Part shown: positions 13,003 through 26,694 of the stretch, one piece after another
Position numbering within the stretch: the stretch's first letter is position 1
Layout: each line of letters starts with the position of its first letter
Notes under the pieces: generated by a model
Told to the model about the DNA's origin: nothing
Databases searched by the model: none
The model's input: only the letters and a program-made list of their open reading frames with translations
Position numbers and translations under genes: made by a program
NCBI GenBank assembly: GCA_000004695.1
Contig: CM000154.2
Span: 4,896,001-4,960,000 of the forward strand
Reading direction: 5' to 3'
Length of the DNA: 64,000 bases
Source of the DNA: Dictyostelium discoideum
Taxonomy: Eukaryota

Positions 13003-16000
13003 CCTTACTAAACTTAAGTATTTATATATATATATTTAGTCATTAAAAGATTTTGAATCAGTTATATCAGATATATTTTGGTTAATTAGTATAGAGGTTG
13101 AAGGAGTTGTATCGAAATCATCACAAAAAACAAATTTAATCTCATTGATTAAAGAAAGTATCTCTCAAAGTTTAGTTGCATCTGTCATTCTAAAAGAGAA
13201 ATTAGATATTGATTTACTTGAAGAATCTGGTTTAATTAAAAGTTCAAAGAAATTTACAAATAAAATTATTAGAATAAATACAAAAGAAGTGTATGTTATT
13301 ATATAATATATAATATATAAAAATCACACACACACATTCACCTACCAACCACTAATTTTATATATTTTTATATTTTTATATTATTATATTTTTATATTTT
13401 TATATTTTTATATTTTTTTTTTTTTTTAGATATACTCAAGTTAAATTTAATTTATTTAAAGAAGAATCAGAAGGTTTTTCAAAAGTTTTATCAGAATTAA
13501 ATAAAGGATCAGAATTAAATTTGAATTCAGTCGATTCAACTATTCAAAATATTAAATCATTGATTGGTTATTTCAATTTAGATCCAAATCGTGTTTTAGA
13601 TTTAGTATTGGATTCATATGAACAAAATTATCAAAATTCTGAATGTTTTCAAAAGATTATTAAATGTTTTAAAATATCTGCAATACCCCAATTATTGGGG
13701 TTTAAATATCAATATTATCAACAACAACAACATTTACAAATTCAACATATTAAACAACAATTAGAACAACAACAACAAGCTGCTGCTGCTGCTCCAACTA
13801 CTACATCTACAACTGATTCTACAACTACTACTGCAGCAACAACGACACCAACAACAACACCAGCATCAGCATCAGCATCAGCAACATCAACAACAACAGC
13901 AGCCTCATCAACATCAACAACAACAACAATTAATCCAATTGATATTATTACACCAAAATCATTATATATGGTGACAGCAAATTTATTAAAAGAAAAATTA
14001 TTTACATTGGAATCGATTTATCCACATTTAGCACCAAATGATGAAGAGATAAAGAGTCAATTTTTAGCAAGAAAAGAAGAGCTTATTTCATCATCAAAGG
14101 GTGGTACCTTGCCAACCACAGCAGATGATGATTCATCGACTAATAAGAAACCAATGTCAACTAGTGGTACTACAACAATAAGTATTGGTAGTACATCATC
14201 GGTATCATTATCATCGAATAATATTGATTTATTAGTTCAAGAGAATCAGAAATTTAATTTATTAGTATCATTATTAGATGTGAATGATACTGATTGTACA
14301 AATCAATTATTATATCATTTGACATCAAACGGTATTGATGTTGCATCAAATTCACATGTATCCACTGCATTAATCTCAAGATTGAATCAAATTATTGAAC
14401 CGATTTATAGACCAATATCATTTGCAACTTTGAAATCATCATCCTCTGGTAATTGTGGTATTGATTTACCAACTTTTATGGCATCTTCAGAGATGATCTT
14501 CTTTTTACTCTCACATCTCGGTGTTTATTTATCACATGATATTAAATTATTTACAAAATTATGTAGAATTTTAGAAAAAGTTGTACCAAAAGTAATTTCT
14601 TTAGCAAATACCTCAACTATACAAGCACAAGCCGCTGCTCAAGCCCAAGCTCAAGCACAGGCTTCACAAACACAATCTGATTCAATGGTAGTAGATACAC
14701 CACCACCACCAACAACTACCACTATGATTCAACCAAATCAATATTCAACATTTAAATTAGAAATTGAAAATTTAATATCAAATGTATTATTACCAACTTT
14801 ATCAATGATACCAAGTAATCCATGTGCATCTAATGAAATTTGGGAAGTTATTAAGCATTTCCCATATCAAAAGAGATATCAACTTTATTATGAATGGAAA
14901 GAACAATATGGAAAGATATTATCATTGATAGTATTAAAACAAGAGGTAACTGGTGATACTAAAAAGATTCTTAGACGTTTATCAAAGGATAACTATAAAC
15001 AGTATGGTAGAGCCATTGGTAAATTAAGTTATGGTCACCCAACCATTGTTTTACAAGTGATTCTATCACAAGTAGAACAATACGATTCATTGGTAATACC
15101 ATTGGTTGAATCATTGAAATTCATTTCCAATTTGTCTGGTGATGTTTTATCATTTGGTTTATTGGAGAGGTTAACCATTAAACGTGATAAACTTAAACCT
15201 GATGGTACAAATATTTCATCATGGTTTCAAGCGTTGTCATTATTCATTGGCTCATTCTATAAGAAATATCCATCCACCGAATTGGAAGGGTTACTTCAGT
15301 ATACTGTAAATCAATTAAAAGAGAATAATTCATTGGATCTAATCATTTTGAAAGAATTGTTATTAAAAATGGGTCAAACTGAAATCGTTGAAGAACCACC
15401 TGAAGCTCAAATGGAGGCACAAGCTGGTGGTGAAGTATTAAAACAAGAAACTAATACAATCGTTATTACAACTGGTGGTGGTGGTGGTGGTAGTGGTACT
15501 CCTGGTGGTGCTCCTGGTAGTGGTGGTGGTGGTGGTGGTGCATTAAGTAATAGTAGTAGTATTGCAAATGCTCCTAGAAATACAAAGAAATCAATTAATA
15601 GATTAAAAGATACTTTAATCAATAGTAAATTAGCATTCTCATTCTTTGTTTTAATTGCAAAACAACGTTATGATATCATTCATAATACAAGTGAACAATC
15701 ACAACATATTAAATTAATTAGTGATCTCTATGATAAATGTCAAGAAACTTTAATTCAGTATACTGAATTCCTTACAAATCATGCAACATCTGAAAAGTAT
15801 TCAGAATTCTTTAAAGAGGATTTCAATACATTAATCACAACCTATTGCCTAGAGCCAGAAGCTGCTTTTCATATTTATAGACCAATATTTTCAAATGGTG
15901 CTGCCAATAATAGACAATTAATTGTAAATAACTGTAAACAAATTTATCCTGATGAAGTTTGGAAATCAATGAATCCTGAACTATATTCTGTATTTTGGTC

Positions 16001-18885
16001 ATATTCATTATATGACATTTATGTACCAAAAGCATTATATGAAAGTGAAATTGCAAAATTAAAGAATCAAATTACAACAATTGATTATGGTTTAGTTGGT
16101 ACTACTACTACTACCACTGCTACTGCTAGTGGTAGTGGTGGAGGTAATTCTAAAGATATTAATAAAAAGAAAAAAGATAAAGAAAGAATTCAATCAACAA
16201 TTGAAAAACTTCAAAAAGAATTGGCAATTCAAACTTTAAATCATCAAAAAGTTTTAGAACATATTCAATCATTAAAAGATAAATTCTTTGAATTTTCATT
16301 AAATTCACCTGTAAATCAAACAATTAATTCAACAACAACAACAACAACAACTTCAACAACAACTTCAACAACAACAACAACAACAACCCCTACAACAAAA
16401 GATATGTTACAAAATGGTAAAAAAGAAGGTATTATTAAATTTTTACAATATTGTATATTTCCAAGAGCAACATTTACACCAGCAGATGCAATTTATTCAG
16501 CTAAATTTGTTCAAATTTTACATAGTATTAGTACACCAAATTTCTCAACATTAAATTATTTATTAGATCTTTGTCAATCGATTACTTTTATGATTTATTC
16601 AAGTACAGAGAATGAAGCAAATAGATTTGGTAGATTTTTAAATGAATCATTAAGTATCCTAACCAAATGGAAATCATCAGAATCACTATACGATAAGGAA
16701 TGTGCAAAACTTTTAAAAACTTTAGCATTAAGTTATGATAATTTCGTTAGATTCTTTCATCGTTGTCATAAAACAATCTCTGAATCATTTTCAAATTGTT
16801 TAGAGAATGATGAATATATGGTCATTAGAAATGCGCTATTGGCATTAACTAAATTGGTTCATGTTTTCCCAGCTCATAAATCTTCTTATGAAAATATTGA
16901 AAATTTAGTATTAAAGTTAAAGAAAAGAGATGAATTGAAAACATTGGCAATTCGTTATCATTCATTATTAGAAAAAGAAAAACCAAGAATGATTGATGAT
17001 ATCATTAAACCAACAAAACCAAAAGCTAATCTAAAAGATTCAAAATCGCCAACTACAACTTCTTCAACTCAAACTACAACAACAACTTCTTCAAAAGATA
17101 GTGGCACTACTACTACAACTTCTTCATCAACTCCAACTACAACTTCTTCATCAAATAGAGATTCAATTAAAGATGCTGATATGATTGATATTAATGATGA
17201 AAATAATAATAATAATAACAAATCAAAAGAAAAAGAAAAGGAAAGAGAACGTGAAAAAGAAAGAGAAAAAGAAAAGGAAAGAGAAAAGGAAAGAGAAAGA
17301 GAACGTGAAAAAGAAAGAGAAAAAGAAAAAGAAAAGGAAAGAGAACGTGAAAGAGAGAGAGAACGTGAGAGAGAAAAAGAAAGAGATAGAGAACGTGAAA
17401 AAGAACGTGAACGTGAAAGAGAACGTGAACGTGAGAGAGAACGTGAACGTGAAAGAGAAAAAGAAAAAGAAAAAGAAAAGGAAAGAGAACGTGAACGTGA
17501 GAGAGAAAGAGAACGTGAGCGTGAACGTGAAAGAGAGCGTGAACGTGAACGTGAAAAAGAAAAAGAAAGAGATAGAGAACAACGTGAAAAAGAAAGAGAA
17601 AGAGAACAACGTGAAAAAGAAAGAGATAGAAGTGATCGTAATTCCGATAAAAATAATAATAATGATGGTGGTGGTAGTGGTAGTTCAAGAAGTGATAAAT
17701 CCTCTTCAAAAGATAGTGGTAGTAAAAAAGATCAACAAACTCCACGTAAAGAAATTGAAAAATCAGAATCAAGAGAGAATATTCGTGATTCACGTTCAAA
17801 TGATAACAATCAATCATTATCATCCTCTCGTGAAATTAGAGAAAGAGATAAAGAATTAAAAGAAAAAGAGCAACGTGAAAAGGAACAACGTGATAAAGAT
17901 CGTGAAAATAGGGAAAGAGATAATAGAGATGTTAGAGATTCACGTAATGATCAAAGAGGTAATCAAGAAAGAGATGGTGGTGAACCTCAACAACGTAGAC
18001 AACAACAACAACAGCAACAAGAAAGAGATAGAAACGATATTAGGAATCAAGATAATAACAATAATGACTCTCAACAACAACAACAACAACAACAACGTAG
18101 ACAACAAGACAATGATAGAAGAGATAGAGGTAATCAAGATAATATAAATAATAGAGATAATAATAGCAACAATAGAAATGATAATAGAGAAAGACAACCT
18201 AATCAAGATAATAGAGATAACAACAATAATAATAGTAATAGAAATGAAAGAAATGATAGAAATGATAGTAGTAGAGAAAGACAGGATAATAGAAATGAAA
18301 GAAATGATAGTAGAGAAAGACAAGACACTAGAGATAATCGTAAAGATCAACAAAGAGATAATGATAAATCAAATCAAGTGCAAAGGAATCGTGATTCTCA
18401 ACCATCGTCACGTAATTCTTCACCACCCCATAACCAACCACAACAACATCAATCACAGCAACAACAACCACAACAACTTTCTCCACCAATTCCACAAACC
18501 GATGAAGAGAAATTTAAAAATGCAAAGAAAAAGAGAGAAGAGAAATTTGAAAGTAAACAAAAAAATAATAATGAAATCGATCAAGAATCACCTCCAAATA
18601 ATAATAATAATAGTAATCAATCATCAAATTCAAATCCATCTTCAAATCAAAGTAGTAGATCAAATAGTAAGGATAGAAGTGGTGGTCAACAAACTCCTCG
18701 TGATAATCAAGAAAGACAAAGTGGTGAAAATAATAATAATAACAACAATAATAATAATAACACTAGAGATGACCATGATAATAAAGATAAATTAAAAGAA
18801 ATGAGAGATAATATTCGTAAAAAACAAGAAAGTAATAATAATCAAAATAATAATCAAAATAATAATAATAATAATAATAATAATC

Positions 18886-18942
<57 letters not shown>

Positions 18943-19295
18943 CACCACAAGAAAATAGAGAGGATAAAAAGAGAGATAGAGAAAAAGAAGAAGAAAAGGA
19001 AGATCAAAAGAAAAGAAAAACTCAAATTAATCGTAATAGAGTTGGACCATCACCACCTCCACAAAATCTTCACCCTTACCAACCTCCTCAACATCTTCAA
19101 CATCCTCAACATCCTCAACATCCTCATCATCCTATGTCACACCACCATAATCAACACCACAACCAACAACAACAGCAACAACAACAACATCATGGAGGAT
19201 TTAGAGGTGGTAGAAATGACAGAAATGATAGAGATGTTAGAGATGTTAGAGATGAAAGAGATAACAGGAATGATAGATATAATAGAAGAAATTAA
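12746..19295 (+). CDS. thoc2: THO complex subunit 2 (THOC2) orthologue with a greatly expanded low-complexity C-terminus (RE/KE repeats, poly-N, poly-Q, His-rich). Exons about 12746..12886 (uncertain), 13040..13290, 13430..19295.
   Basis: Exon 2 (ILKEKLDIDLLEESGLIKSSKKFTNKIIRINTKEV) and exon 3 ([64 protein letters not shown]) align with human THOC2 residues LKERLDPETLESLGLIKQ...KFNLLREENEGYAKLI...[28 protein letters not shown]. The exon 2 donor is GTATGT and the exon 3 acceptor is tttttttag. Exon 1 (MVNKNNYKNFEKL...) is assigned with a weak in-phase GTTAAT donor and has low confidence. The main ORF runs uninterrupted to the TAA at 19293..19295. Confidence 0.75.
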
Positions 19296-19457
19296 ATTAA
19301 AACCACAAACAAATTAAAATTAATAAAATTTTCTATTTTTTAGATTTATTCGAAATTAATTCCAACTTTTTTCCTATTTTTTTTTTTTTTTTTTTCTTTC
19401 TTTTTTTTTTTCCTTTCTTTTTTTTTTTTTTTTTTTTCAAAAAATTATTTTATTAAA

Positions 19458-21902
19458 ATGAAACAAACAAAAAAAGTGGTGGTTGAACCAAAACCATATA
19501 TTAAGGGTGAATTTAAAAATAGATGTTTTGCAAAAGATTTAACTATTACATTTTCAATGGGTGCATTACAAAAGATTAGAAAAATGGATTCAATTGAAAG
19601 GTATGAAACAGTTATGAAGAGTAAAGATTATCAACAATTCAATTCATTTGAATACTTTCAAATGAAAGTTAGTACTTTAATTGCAATTCCATCAAACTAT
19701 TCATTCATTTACCCAATTGGTGAGTTTAATTTCAATGAAAATAAAAATCAATATGAATTTAAACCAATTGAATTCCTAAAAGCAATTGAATTGGTTAAAA
19801 GGGATAGAAGTGGTTTAATCTCTTTTACTTTTTTAAAATCAGTGATTAATAATGGTCCTGAATTTGAATATATAAAAACAAAACCACCATCTAAAAATTA
19901 TTATCAACATGGGCCTTACTATTTAAATAAATCAAACTTGAATGAATGGGAAACAACTTGTGCAAAGTTTGATCAAGAAAATGGTTTAATCTATAAAATG
20001 ATCACAAATAAAAGGTCATCACCATTTTATTCAACTTTAAAAATATTAGTTCATAGAGAAATTAAATTTGGTTTATCAAGTAGTTCGCATACATCACACA
20101 CCTATCCCATTGATAATAATCAACCATATTACCATATTTTAGAAAAAGAAACTGGTTTAAAAACTTTATCAGATGAAAATAATCAAAATAATCAAAATAA
20201 TCAAAATGATGAAAATAATCAAAATGATCAAAATAATGAAAATGATCAAAATGATCAAAATGATGATAATAATAAAGGTTGGGTAGTTAAAAATGAATTT
20301 CCATTTGGATTTTTTTTATTACCAAATCTTAAAGAAATTTGTTTTTCAGTTTTAAAAGAAATGTTTTTAATTAGTAATAAATCAGTTATTGATAAATTAT
20401 TTTCATCAATTAAATCGATAGTACCAATTAGTTTATTACAAGAATTTGTAGTTGATTGTTTTAATGATGAGAAACCAGTTGGTAATGAAATTATTTTTAA
20501 AATTTATTCAAAATCTTTATGTGAAAATTATGATTCAATTCTTTCAAATATTAATTTCCCATTAAATGATTTATTATCAAGTTGTATTAAAAGAGATTCT
20601 TGGTTTAGATATAACTATGATATGTGTATTGCACAAGATTTATTTTATCCACCTTATAAAGAAAATTTTGCAATTAATGTTTATGAAAATTTAAATTTAT
20701 TTAAATTTAAATCGATTCCGATTGAAAATAGAAAAAATATTTTATTTGAAAAAACTGGTGGTTTGGATGATTTTAACTCTTTGATTACTGGTGATCAGTC
20801 GATTGTTGACAAGTCAATGTTTATTTCAAATTTTAATAGACTTACAAATAATAGATTTAATAAAACTTTTGATGATGGTGAGAGTGGTTTTGAAAAATTA
20901 AAGAAATTAGATTGTATTTTCATTGGTGGTATTATTACAAATTGTTTAATTCAAAATGAAAATAATGATGATGGTAAGGATGTATGTGAAGGATTCGAGA
21001 AATCAGATATTGATATTTGTTTTTTCAATACATCCAACGATTTTTACGCTCAAGTTGCTCGTTTTATTGATCAGTTCTTTAAAGGTGTTGATAGGTATGA
21101 TAGTGAGGCATCAAATAATTGTAGTATTGTTTTTCAGGGAAATCATGTTACCATTTGTCAACATTATCCAAATCGTCATATTCAATTAAATCTTTATTCA
21201 CATTTATCAATTGAGGATGTTTTAATTGGTGTCGATATTGATGCAACTTGTTTTGCATTTGATGGTATTGATATATGGTGTTTAGAAAGAGCGTTGCATT
21301 CAATCAATTATCGTATTAATATCGCATCAGAGCATTCATTTTTAATTAGAGGAGATGTTAATTATCAATATAGACTACTCAAATATTTAAAACGTGGATT
21401 TGATATTTATTATTTATCAACTCCACAAATTGATAAAATTATTAATCAAGCAAACTTTGGCAATCAATCTAAATCAAATTCACCACCAACTAAAGATTTC
21501 ACCCCATCATTAAGACATGTTGGATTTTCATTATTATTATCATTAAGAATGGATTCAACACTTTACACTCCATTTTTTAAAACCAAAGAAAGATCTGAAA
21601 CTATTTTACCCTATGGTCCAAATTTTGATGATAAATATTTTAAAAGATGGGTAGGTCATAATTTCAATAAACACTACGATGGCTATAATAGTAATGATAT
21701 TCTTCAACTACTAGAAACTCCTATTTCAGATATGGATATGGGCCATAGAGATTCAATATCTTATAATCATGAATGGATCAACTCATTAAATGATAGATCA
21801 TCTAATTACATATACAATGAAGATTATTATTATAATTTTGAAGTAGATGATGAAGAAGAAGACGGTGGTGAACCTAATTACCCCGAATATAATGATTCAT
21901 AA
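19458..21902 (+). CDS. Hypothetical 814-aa protein; the central region has a possible Pol-beta-like nucleotidyltransferase motif.
   Basis: Single uninterrupted ORF with ATG after an A-run. The segment CIFIGGIITNCLIQNENNDDGKDVCEGFEKSDIDICFF...LIGVDIDATCF resembles a G[GS]...[DE]hDh NTase signature, with a low-complexity loop inserted. No confident family assignment can be made from sequence reading alone. Confidence 0.6.
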   Translation: MKQTKKVVVEPKPYIKGEFKNRCFAKDLTITFSMGALQKIRKMDSIERYETVMKSKDYQQFNSFEYFQMKVSTLIAIPSNYSFIYPIGEFNFNENKNQYEFKPIEFLKAIELVKRDRSGLISFTFLKSVINNGPEFEYIKTKPPSKNYYQHGPYYLNKSNLNEWETTCAKFDQENGLIYKMITNKRSSPFYSTLKILVHREIKFGLSSSSHTSHTYPIDNNQPYYHILEKETGLKTLSDENNQNNQNNQNDENNQNDQNNENDQNDQNDDNNKGWVVKNEFPFGFFLLPNLKEICFSVLKEMFLISNKSVIDKLFSSIKSIVPISLLQEFVVDCFNDEKPVGNEIIFKIYSKSLCENYDSILSNINFPLNDLLSSCIKRDSWFRYNYDMCIAQDLFYPPYKENFAINVYENLNLFKFKSIPIENRKNILFEKTGGLDDFNSLITGDQSIVDKSMFISNFNRLTNNRFNKTFDDGESGFEKLKKLDCIFIGGIITNCLIQNENNDDGKDVCEGFEKSDIDICFFNTSNDFYAQVARFIDQFFKGVDRYDSEASNNCSIVFQGNHVTICQHYPNRHIQLNLYSHLSIEDVLIGVDIDATCFAFDGIDIWCLERALHSINYRINIASEHSFLIRGDVNYQYRLLKYLKRGFDIYYLSTPQIDKIINQANFGNQSKSNSPPTKDFTPSLRHVGFSLLLSLRMDSTLYTPFFKTKERSETILPYGPNFDDKYFKRWVGHNFNKHYDGYNSNDILQLLETPISDMDMGHRDSISYNHEWINSLNDRSSNYIYNEDYYYNFEVDDEEEDGGEPNYPEYNDS

Positions 21903-22029
21903 GTAAGAAATCAATAGTAATCTTTATATGTATGTGAAGTAAAAATATAAATAAAGGCATTAGGTTTTTTAATTTACTTTGTAGTTTTTTTATTTTTATT
22001 TTTATTTATATTTATATTTATTTATTGTT

Positions 22030-25000
22030 TTAATTTAATTGTTTTAATTTGCTTTGTATTTGTTCTTTAAACTTTTTGGAATTTTTATTTTTGATAAAAA
22101 TGTATACAACCGAGATAACAATAATTGCCACAAAACACACTGAACCAATTACAATTCCTGCGATTTTACTGGCTGATAATCCATTTGATTTCGAACAAAT
22201 TGAATTCTCTCCTGATGCTGATTCGCTATCTAATAAAACAAAGAAATCTGGATCAATAATTACTTTATTTTTAAAATGTGGAATTTTAATTCCAATAAAA
22301 GTTTGAGTAGAGTGAGATGTTGATTCAGCAATTGTATTTTGGAATTCATCTAACAATGTATTTTCAATACCAACAATATTACCATCTACTACAGCCCTTT
22401 TAATGAATCTACCATACATTGAATGATCTTGAACTTGAAGTTTAATGTAGTTAGAGTTGTCACCATTTGTAGTATCACCAAATTGTTTTAATGAACAAAA
22501 ATCATCACTTTCATCTGTTGATAATATCGAAGCAAACATTACCAATTCGAGATTATTTAAAGCTGAAGAGAATACATAATTTTCAATTTCAATGGTAAAT
22601 TTGACTGATGATGGATTCATTTGGAGCTCTTGACCTGCAAATGTTATATTTTTGCTTGAATTAAACCATTGAATAATTGTTGTTATATTTGTGGTTTTAA
22701 TATCGTTACCATTTTGAGAAACTATTGATGTATTGTATCTACCAGTTGTTAAATCTATATCTTCAAATACCCATTTATCAAAAGGGAATGTTTTAATAAC
22801 TTCACCTTTAAAATCTAATTCTCTAATAGAAACTAAAGTTACTAATGATTTAAATAAAAATTCTGTTGAGTTTGTTTCTTGTCCACCACCACCGCCTGTA
22901 ATAGGAATTTCAACTGTTGGTTGTGAAGTATTTGTTTGTGGTGTTGGGATAATAATAATTTTTGAAGTACAATCAACTCCGTACCAAGGAGAGTAACAAA
23001 TGCATCCAAACCCACTTTGACAATAACCTTTGTTTTTTCCTCCACATTCTGGATTTCCTAAACATTTTTGAGGTGGATTTGTTGGTAATGGTGATATAGT
23101 TGGTTGTAAAGTTGGTTGTAAAGTTGGTTCTGGTGTATATGTTGGACCAGAATAATTAAAATTATAAACTATTGGATTAATTAAAAATTCATTTGATTTA
23201 ATGTTAATTTGATTGGAATCAAGTAATAATAATTTAAAAGGAATATCGATTAATGGTACCTCTGTTAATTTAATGAAACTTGAATAGGTTTTAGTTATTG
23301 TTTTTAAATTTATGTCACTACCATTCGAAATATAAATAATCGCTGTATCAACTGTACGAAAGTTTTTACCAAAAATAAATAGAGTTGAATCTTTGTTTGT
23401 AAATTCTGAAACTGATGTTATTATTGGTATATTAAATGAAAAATCTGTAGAAACAAACCAATCTTGTTGTAATGGATTTAAATCCTTAATGTCTTTTGAA
23501 GAGAATCCACTATAGGTTCCTCTATTATTAATAAAGCCATAAACAGATACTAAGAAACCATCAGGATATCCAAAACCTACTGGTACTTCTATTGTACACG
23601 AAAAGGTTATTGTAGTTGAATTAGTAATTGTTGGTGTTGCTCGGCATTGTTCCATTGCAAGTCGTTGTGGAACTAAATAAACTATTGGATTCTGTCCTTG
23701 TTTAAAACCGCTTTCTAAATCTTGTGCTTGAAAAGTGAATGTTATTGATCTATCTAAAGAGCCTACATCCATTGAAGATCTCGAGGTTTTAAAGGAAATT
23801 AAATTTGGAGGAGAACTATCCAATTCACCAGTACAATAATAATTAATACTAAAGGGTGATGAATCATTAATGAAATGAATAAATGGATTACGAGTTGACT
23901 CAAACGATTGAGTGTTTTCATAATACTCTAAAGTGAAATATTTAACATATGTATTATTGTTACCATATGTATCGAATAAACTTGCTTGAGTTATTAAATA
24001 ATCTTGAGTGATACAATTACTACTCCCAATACCAAACTCCAATGGTATTATAATTTTGTAATCACCAATAATTTTATCACCACTTCCTTCTATTAAATTT
24101 GACATGTTTATTGTAATGTTGTAGAATGAAGAATCTAAAAGTCCTTTAACAATTAAAAAGCCATCTCTGAAACCGTTTATTTCATCTTGAATTGTAAATA
24201 ACCATCCATTATGTTGTTTTATGATTTTGGTTACAATTGGTCCATAAATATCAACCTTAATTGAAGTTGCTCTTAATTGATATTCATTGGATAAATAATT
24301 ACTATCAATTAAGTTTGTATTATCAAGTACCAATGCATAACTTATATTTCCTGGTAGTGTATTTGCAGGTACTTTAAAGTTTACTCTAAATCTATTGGTT
24401 GTTTGGTCCCATACTGCAAATTTATAATTTGGATTTAAAATAGTAAATATACTATTTTCAAATCTAATATCGTTTAAAGATTTTTCATCAGTTAAATAAA
24501 AACCAATTGACAAGTCTTTATAGTCTTCAATATTATTAAATGTAAAAAACATTATATTATCAACTGATTGGTCAGTTATATCAATGTCATTATATAAAAA
24601 TGATACCTGAACTAAATCATTTAAATAATTATAATCTATTAAAATAATATTAAAAAAATTATTAGTAATGAATTATAGTAGTTTTAAAAGTGTATTATTA
24701 ATACAATTTTCTTACTTTTTAAATTAATACTTGGATATGTAAGTTTTGAAATGTTATTACCAATCTGGTAGAGATAATCACCAAATCCATATGTAACTGG
24801 GTAATCTAGGTTGCCTTCTATTTTTATTGAATTTTCGGTGATAGCATTGCTTATTTCAACAAGCTCAAATTTTATTTCTGTAAGATACTCCCAAATACCA
24901 TCAGAAGCGGTACCAGAAACAAGCATACCATTATCATGAACAGTATTCTTTGAGTTCATAATTTTTAAATACGAAACTGAAGATAAATTTGGTGAGCCGA

Positions 25001-25873
25001 TACTTTTAATTTCAATTCTGTTTAAAAACTTTAGATTTCCGATATAACTAGATGTAAAAGATTGGATTTCAAATCTTCCAACATCGGAATTAGGTAATGT
25101 AATAAATGGTTCGAAATCTCCCCTCATTTTAGTAATACATCTAGGCATACATATAGTAAGAATATTCAAAGGTGAAATGGATATTAAATTAATTGGTAAA
25201 GAGAATCCAAATTTGACCATTTCATTATTTCCTCCAATAAAGCCAAATGGAAAATCGGTAATAGTAAATGTTTGTTTATATTCTAATTGAAATGGATTAA
25301 AATCAAATTTAAATTCTGTTCCATTATACTCAGATGTAACCATTGCCATACCAACAGTTGAATTATCTTTGATAGAAGTTAACTTTGAGTTTGGTGTTTG
25401 TAATCTTGGGCTTTCTATTTTTTTAATTTGAAATATTTATATATATATATCAATTTTAATATTAATATATTTCAATTTTTTTTTTAAATATTTTAAGATT
25501 AAAAAATTAAATCAAATTTACCTGTTATATTAACAAAAAAATTGGAATATTCTTTAAATGATGGTTGTGTTTCATTTTGTCCATACAATGAAAAGTTCAT
25601 ACCATTAGCCATAATTGGTAAACAAGTTGCAATAAATGTTAAATTATTTGGTTTACCTAAAATTGGTCTTGGTGTTGAATAATATCCTAAAGTACCCAAT
25701 CTATACACCGGATTTAGAAGATTTGATTTGATTCTAAATGATAAAAGTGAACCAAATACATTTGAATATAAAACAAAATTTCCTGAAGGTGGATAAAGTT
25801 TTAAATCATAAATTTCATTCGTTACAATATTTCCTCCTTTTAAATTAAAATTAAAAATTATTATTATTATTAT

Positions 25874-25909
<36 letters not shown>

Positions 25910-26694
25910 ACTATTTTTAAAAGGTACACTAATTATTAAGTTGTTTGAAATTGGAAATGTAAAATCAATTGACCAAATATCAAGATTTTGTGACAAATAG
26001 AAATTTTCATTATAAACTATTCTGAATAAATTTCCACCCATTTTATATACCTTTACAATTTGTGAATCATATGTAAATTCAACATTTTCTGGCAAGTTAT
26101 TAATTCTGACAACCGAAAAATATTTAAAAGTAGTACTCCATATAACATCTTGAATAATATCTACTGATAGAGTTGAAATATTTAACTCTTTTTTTTATTT
26201 ATTATTAATAGAGAAAAAAATGATTAAAAAAAAAAATGATTAAAAAAAAAAAAATGATAAAAAAAAAAAAAAAAAATTGGTAATATGTTATTAATAAAAT
26301 ATTAAATATTAAAAATAATAATAAAAAAATTATTACCTTTACAATCTAAATTTAAATCAAAATATCCTATTGATGGATCAATAACAGTACCACTATTTGC
26401 AACAAATTGGTAAAAATTGTTACCTAATTGAGATTGAATATCAACTCTAAAAAGAGTAAAAGAAGAATTTGTCCATTGTATAAAACCTGCTATTAAAAAA
26501 TCTGTATCTGCCATAGTGTTAACCGTTTGACCTTGTAAACCCTCTACTAAAAAAAATTTTATTGTATAGCAACTATTTCCATTTAAAAAAGAAGAATTTT
26601 TTGAAGGTGTGAGATCTGTAAATTTAAATTGTTGAGCATTTACATTTAATTTTATTATTATAAAAATTAATAAAAAGAATAAATTCCTTATCAT
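22030..26694 (-). CDS. Type I surface glycoprotein, about 1417 aa, 5 exons (copy A of a tandem pair). Domain order: signal peptide, IPT/TIG-like beta modules, a membrane-proximal EGF-like module, one TM helix, short basic tail. Exons: complement(26337..26694, 25912..26187, 25522..25836, 24716..25414, 22030..24635).
   Basis: N-terminus MIRNLFFLLIFIIIKLNVNAQQ reads as a signal peptide. The donors g|gtaat, a|gtaagt, g|gtaaat and a|gtaaga are all phase 1, and the exon lengths (358+276+315+699+2606) sum to 4254 = 3x1418. IPT-like segment: PIITSVSEFTNKDSTLFIFGKNFRTVDTAIIYISNGSDINLKTITKTYSSFIKLTEVP. EGF-like segment: CLGNPECGGKNKGYCQSGFGCICYSPWYGVDC. TM helix: IAGIVIGSVCFVAIIVISVVYIF, followed by KNKNSKKFKEQIQSKLKQLN*. 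The domain content resembles Dictyostelium Tgr (IPT/TIG) family surface proteins, but exact family membership is not established. Confidence 0.65.

Noticed and set aside
12431-13039. Poly-F, poly-V and poly-L ORFs (66, 92 and 97 aa) around the divergent promoter.
   Set aside because: They are translations of homopolymer T/A runs and the (CAA)n microsatellite. Only the 5' part of ORF 12746..13039 (MVNKNNYKNFEKL...) is kept, as the tentative thoc2 exon 1.
17220-17640. Highly regular short direct repeats that look CRISPR-like at a glance.
   Set aside because: This is a eukaryotic nuclear context. The repeats are 9-nt in-frame coding units with no unique spacers.
17185-17859. ORFs on both strands (224 aa on +, 210 and 128 aa on -) overlapping the thoc2 repeat region.
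   Set aside because: They are alternate-frame and antisense translations of the (gaacgtgaa)n coding repeat, giving poly-F/L/K artefacts. The THOC2 frame is the conserved one.
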